DNA from: an uncultured bacterium
GTDB lineage: Bacteria; Planctomycetota; UBA8108; UBA1146
Assembly (NCBI GenBank): GCA_938075155.1
Contig: CALJGL010000001.1
Span: 20,181 to 84,180, forward strand
Direction: 5' to 3'
Length of the DNA stretch: 64,000 bases
Position numbers and translations under genes: made by a program. The notes under the pieces were generated by a model, which was not told where the DNA came from, searched no databases, and worked only from the letters and a program-made list of their open reading frames with translations. Below are positions 62,601-64,000 of this stretch, one piece after another; positions within the stretch are counted from its first letter, which is position 1; each line of letters opens with the position of its first letter.

Positions 62601-64000
62601 CATCGTTCCCGCTTCGGGAGCAGAATATGAGTACCAAATGTCATTACCGCAGGCACCAATGGCGGTACCCGGACAAGCAGAGTCATCGGGTCCAGGTCCT
62701 CCTGTGGTCGCATTTCCACTCGTGATGGAATTCAGACCAATGAATACAGGAGTCGCTCCGGCACAATCATCATTCGCCGGAGGTGGTCCCGGAGGAACCT
62801 GACCACAGACCAACTCTGACATTCCCACAGCAGTCATCACCGCTGCAATTTGGTCAGCGTCTGATTGCGTGAAAACCGAGCCGGCAACACCCGTCCGAGG
62901 GTCGATAGGACTCGAGTTGAGCAAGTCAGCAGCCGCTTGATTAATATGGGTTTCAGCCTGAGGGAAATCAGTGGCCTGAGTCATGTAGACGCTGAGGGCT
63001 CGGAAGTAAACCGCTGTTGCCTTCGTCAGCCCAATCGGCGTGATCGTTTGGCCATTATAGGTTTTACCATCGACGAGAATGGCAAATGAATGATTCAAGA
63101 CTCCACTCCCGATGTGCACCCCACCATTATCAAATGGACCACAAGCATTTTGGTTATAGAGAGGATCAGTAGTACTCGGAGGATCGTTGAAACACTCCGG
63201 GAACATCATATCCCGAATAGCACCTAGGCTCGTTTCTTCACCCATCCTCCAACGAGCGGAACCATCACCGCATCCTGTTCTTGCATTGTTTGGAGTATCC
63301 AGACCAGATCCACTCGAACCCGCGATAGGCCAAGGTGTACCGCCGGGAGCGCCAATTTCTGAAACGTCACCGTTCCAAAGATCGATCGCTTCTCCAAAGA
63401 TATCTGACATCGCCTCATTCAGCTGACCAGATTGATTTTGGTAAATCAGGTCTGCCGTGAATTGTGTCAATCCATGAGCGAGTTCGTGAGCGATCACATC
63501 GTCGGTACCCAGCCCATTACAAAACGCACCTTGAGTCCCATTCCATATAGCATTGGGACAAATATTATCGCTCCAGTTGGCAGTGATGATCATGGATCCA
63601 CCGAATCCGTCTAGGCTATCTCTGCCCAGAGAATCAGAGAGCACACGATAAAGATCACCACATGTATCGTAGGAGTTATCGATATCAAGGATTCCGGATG
63701 CAGGGGACCCTTCTGTTCTGGCAAGTGCTCCAGGGAGCCCTCCACCTCCGGATCCGTCATAGATCTCACGGATCAGGGCACTATGTACTGCAGGCCAGTG
63801 GTCGAGGACCACTCCGGTTCTGGCATCAACAAGAATGTTTTCAGCCAACATGTCATTACCTTCGGCAACGAGATGATGCGCCAGTACAGGAGCAGCGATG
63901 GGGTCGTCCCCCCACCAGCCCGGATTCGCGATGACCAGCTGAGCAGGAGCCGTCTCTACTAAAAATTCCTGCCCAAGTTCCTGTGCTGCTAGTTCAACAG
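59664..64000 (-). CDS. Thermolysin-like M4 zinc metalloprotease fused to three Cys-rich beta-sandwich modules, Asp/Cys-rich repeats, Fn3-like/beta domains and a C-terminal double dockerin-like module; the N-terminus runs off the window
   Basis: The HEXXH motif (VIAHELAHGL) and the downstream NEAMSDIFGE are the M4 signature. The reading frame stays open upstream of Met 63851 to the window end (...VETAPAQLVIANPGWWGDDPIAAPVLAHHLVAEGNDMLAENILVDARTG). There are three copies of the NDDCA...DIWYSY...TC..DT...C.GD..C...Y..R.G.W module. The C-terminus reads ADINDDALINLADAVSLLNALF...NDDELSNIADAVYLLSYLF...LECAEYNSCP. Confidence 0.85.
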   Translation of the reverse strand, partial: VELAAQELGQEFLVETAPAQLVIANPGWWGDDPIAAPVLAHHLVAEGNDMLAENILVDARTGVVLDHWPAVHSALIREIYDGSGGGGLPGALARTEGSPASGILDIDNSYDTCGDLYRVLSDSLGRDSLDGFGGSMIITANWSDNICPNAIWNGTQGAFCNGLGTDDVIAHELAHGLTQFTADLIYQNQSGQLNEAMSDIFGEAIDLWNGDVSEIGAPGGTPWPIAGSSGSGLDTPNNARTGCGDGSARWRMGEETSLGAIRDMMFPECFNDPPSTTDPLYNQNACGPFDNGGVHIGSGVLNHSFAILVDGKTYNGQTITPIGLTKATAVYFRALSVYMTQATDFPQAETHINQAAADLLNSSPIDPRTGVAGSVFTQSDADQIAAVMTAVGMSELVCGQVPPGPPPANDDCAGATPVFIGLNSITSGNATTGGPGPDDSACPGTAIGACGNDIWYSYSAPEAGTMSVSTCGIASWDTDLQVFTGNCGALNLLACNGDTGGCSTFTSRIENIPVTGGTTYLIRVSSWSEGVTGSGDMEVLFVPSGGGGVENCTNGVDDDGDGLADCEDIDCSTNPACVPPATGDECVSAEVAILGTNPFDSTAATTGTDPIPDAATCGQGLGDMLGDIWYSYVPDQSGSLFVSTCSPGSFDTDLVAYTGSCGSLINLGCNGDVNQNTSPTCQQYWSELTLDVTAGETYWFRIGAWGTPHPGNGLPGPGALILDLTSGGPVENCSNGVDDDGDGLADCEDLDCSSDPACVPAIPGDECSTAQVAILGSNAVDNTAATTGADAIDDSTCGGTFLGDFINDVWFEFTVPSSGEYVISTCDTVTFDSDILVYSGTCGALTPIACNGDGAGCGGLTSSVTTNLSAGSTVLIRLGGWNNTAIGSGTLEISTQAPPPPPENCNNGTDDDLDGLTDCEDPDCISDPDCICVSANAFSCSQVSGNSILLSWNNGEDYDSIGVLRDGGLVDTLPGTATSYTDSSAQVGSRVYTLQPFCAGSQAAPTSTCSIDVIQQIGFMFTAGNVNGSYSAGGASFESVVSLQEEVNNPGFPTDTAGFSFGLAHDGALFEAVSAQALGDLAAMDGGAGPAFFDTTIYSDGLTVGSVYDFTLVETLQMVSDTEIISVSYTSLPGSLASATGTVSSTLSFSESLGSPPVELIVSTSSGTAVIAGGNSGTISLDPSGFIMTAADQAVDYPEATGSSSFEVSVSVEEDPGNLGYPNETQAFSLGIVHDPAILSATGAIAAPVLTALNGNTGPDFFDVNSFADGLTVGCVYTFVGADVISFATATDLLSVEYDTVPAGLAGNTAPLSTQVEFSDTLGVPPVELVVVVSSQSAGVSGVNGTITLNPSVGGFIRADINDDALINLADAVSLLNALFLGGVVSCDDATDTNDDELSNIADAVYLLSYLFTNGPDIPVPSNGVCGSDPSGTNLECAEYNSCP

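Overview
The window appears to come from a Planctomycetota-like genome (roughly 53-55% GC by eye); the phylum call is an inference from the dockerin-type C-terminal modules and the acidic extensions on core proteins. Positions 1-16.3 kb carry, entirely on the minus strand, the conserved translation/transcription supercluster: tRNA-Thr(TGT), tRNA-Tyr, tRNA-Gly, tRNA-Thr(GGT), tuf, tRNA-Trp, secE, nusG, rplK-rplA-rplJ-rplL, rpoB-rpoC, rpsL-rpsG and the 5' end of fusA. Next come housekeeping genes: cysS, ispF, a porin-like outer membrane protein, ispD, dgt, an amidohydrolase, tatD, murQ, a ubiE-ubiX-ubiA menaquinone-type cluster, an M50 protease and an ALDH7-type aldehyde dehydrogenase. Positions 34.7-48.9 kb are an accessory island of four tandem, same-strand, paralogous giant secreted proteins (1195, ~683, ~1150 and ~1080 aa). 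Each ends in a double dockerin-like Ca-binding module followed by a Cys-x(4-5)-Cys-Pro C-terminus, and each is built from a repeated Cys-rich beta-sandwich module, Asp/Cys-rich '[15 protein letters not shown]' repeats and a shared ~240-aa module of unknown function. A fifth family member, a thermolysin-like M4 metalloprotease with the same C-terminal module, lies convergently at 59.7-64 kb and runs off the window. The interval between them holds murJ, a wecB/metallophosphoesterase operon, a LOG-family gene, an S15 peptidase and a thioredoxin-like gene interrupted by an in-frame TGA. The dockerin-tailed protein family, for which no cohesin-like partner is present in the window, is the most likely candidate for an undescribed extracellular system. 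No CRISPR array, IS element or phage gene was seen.
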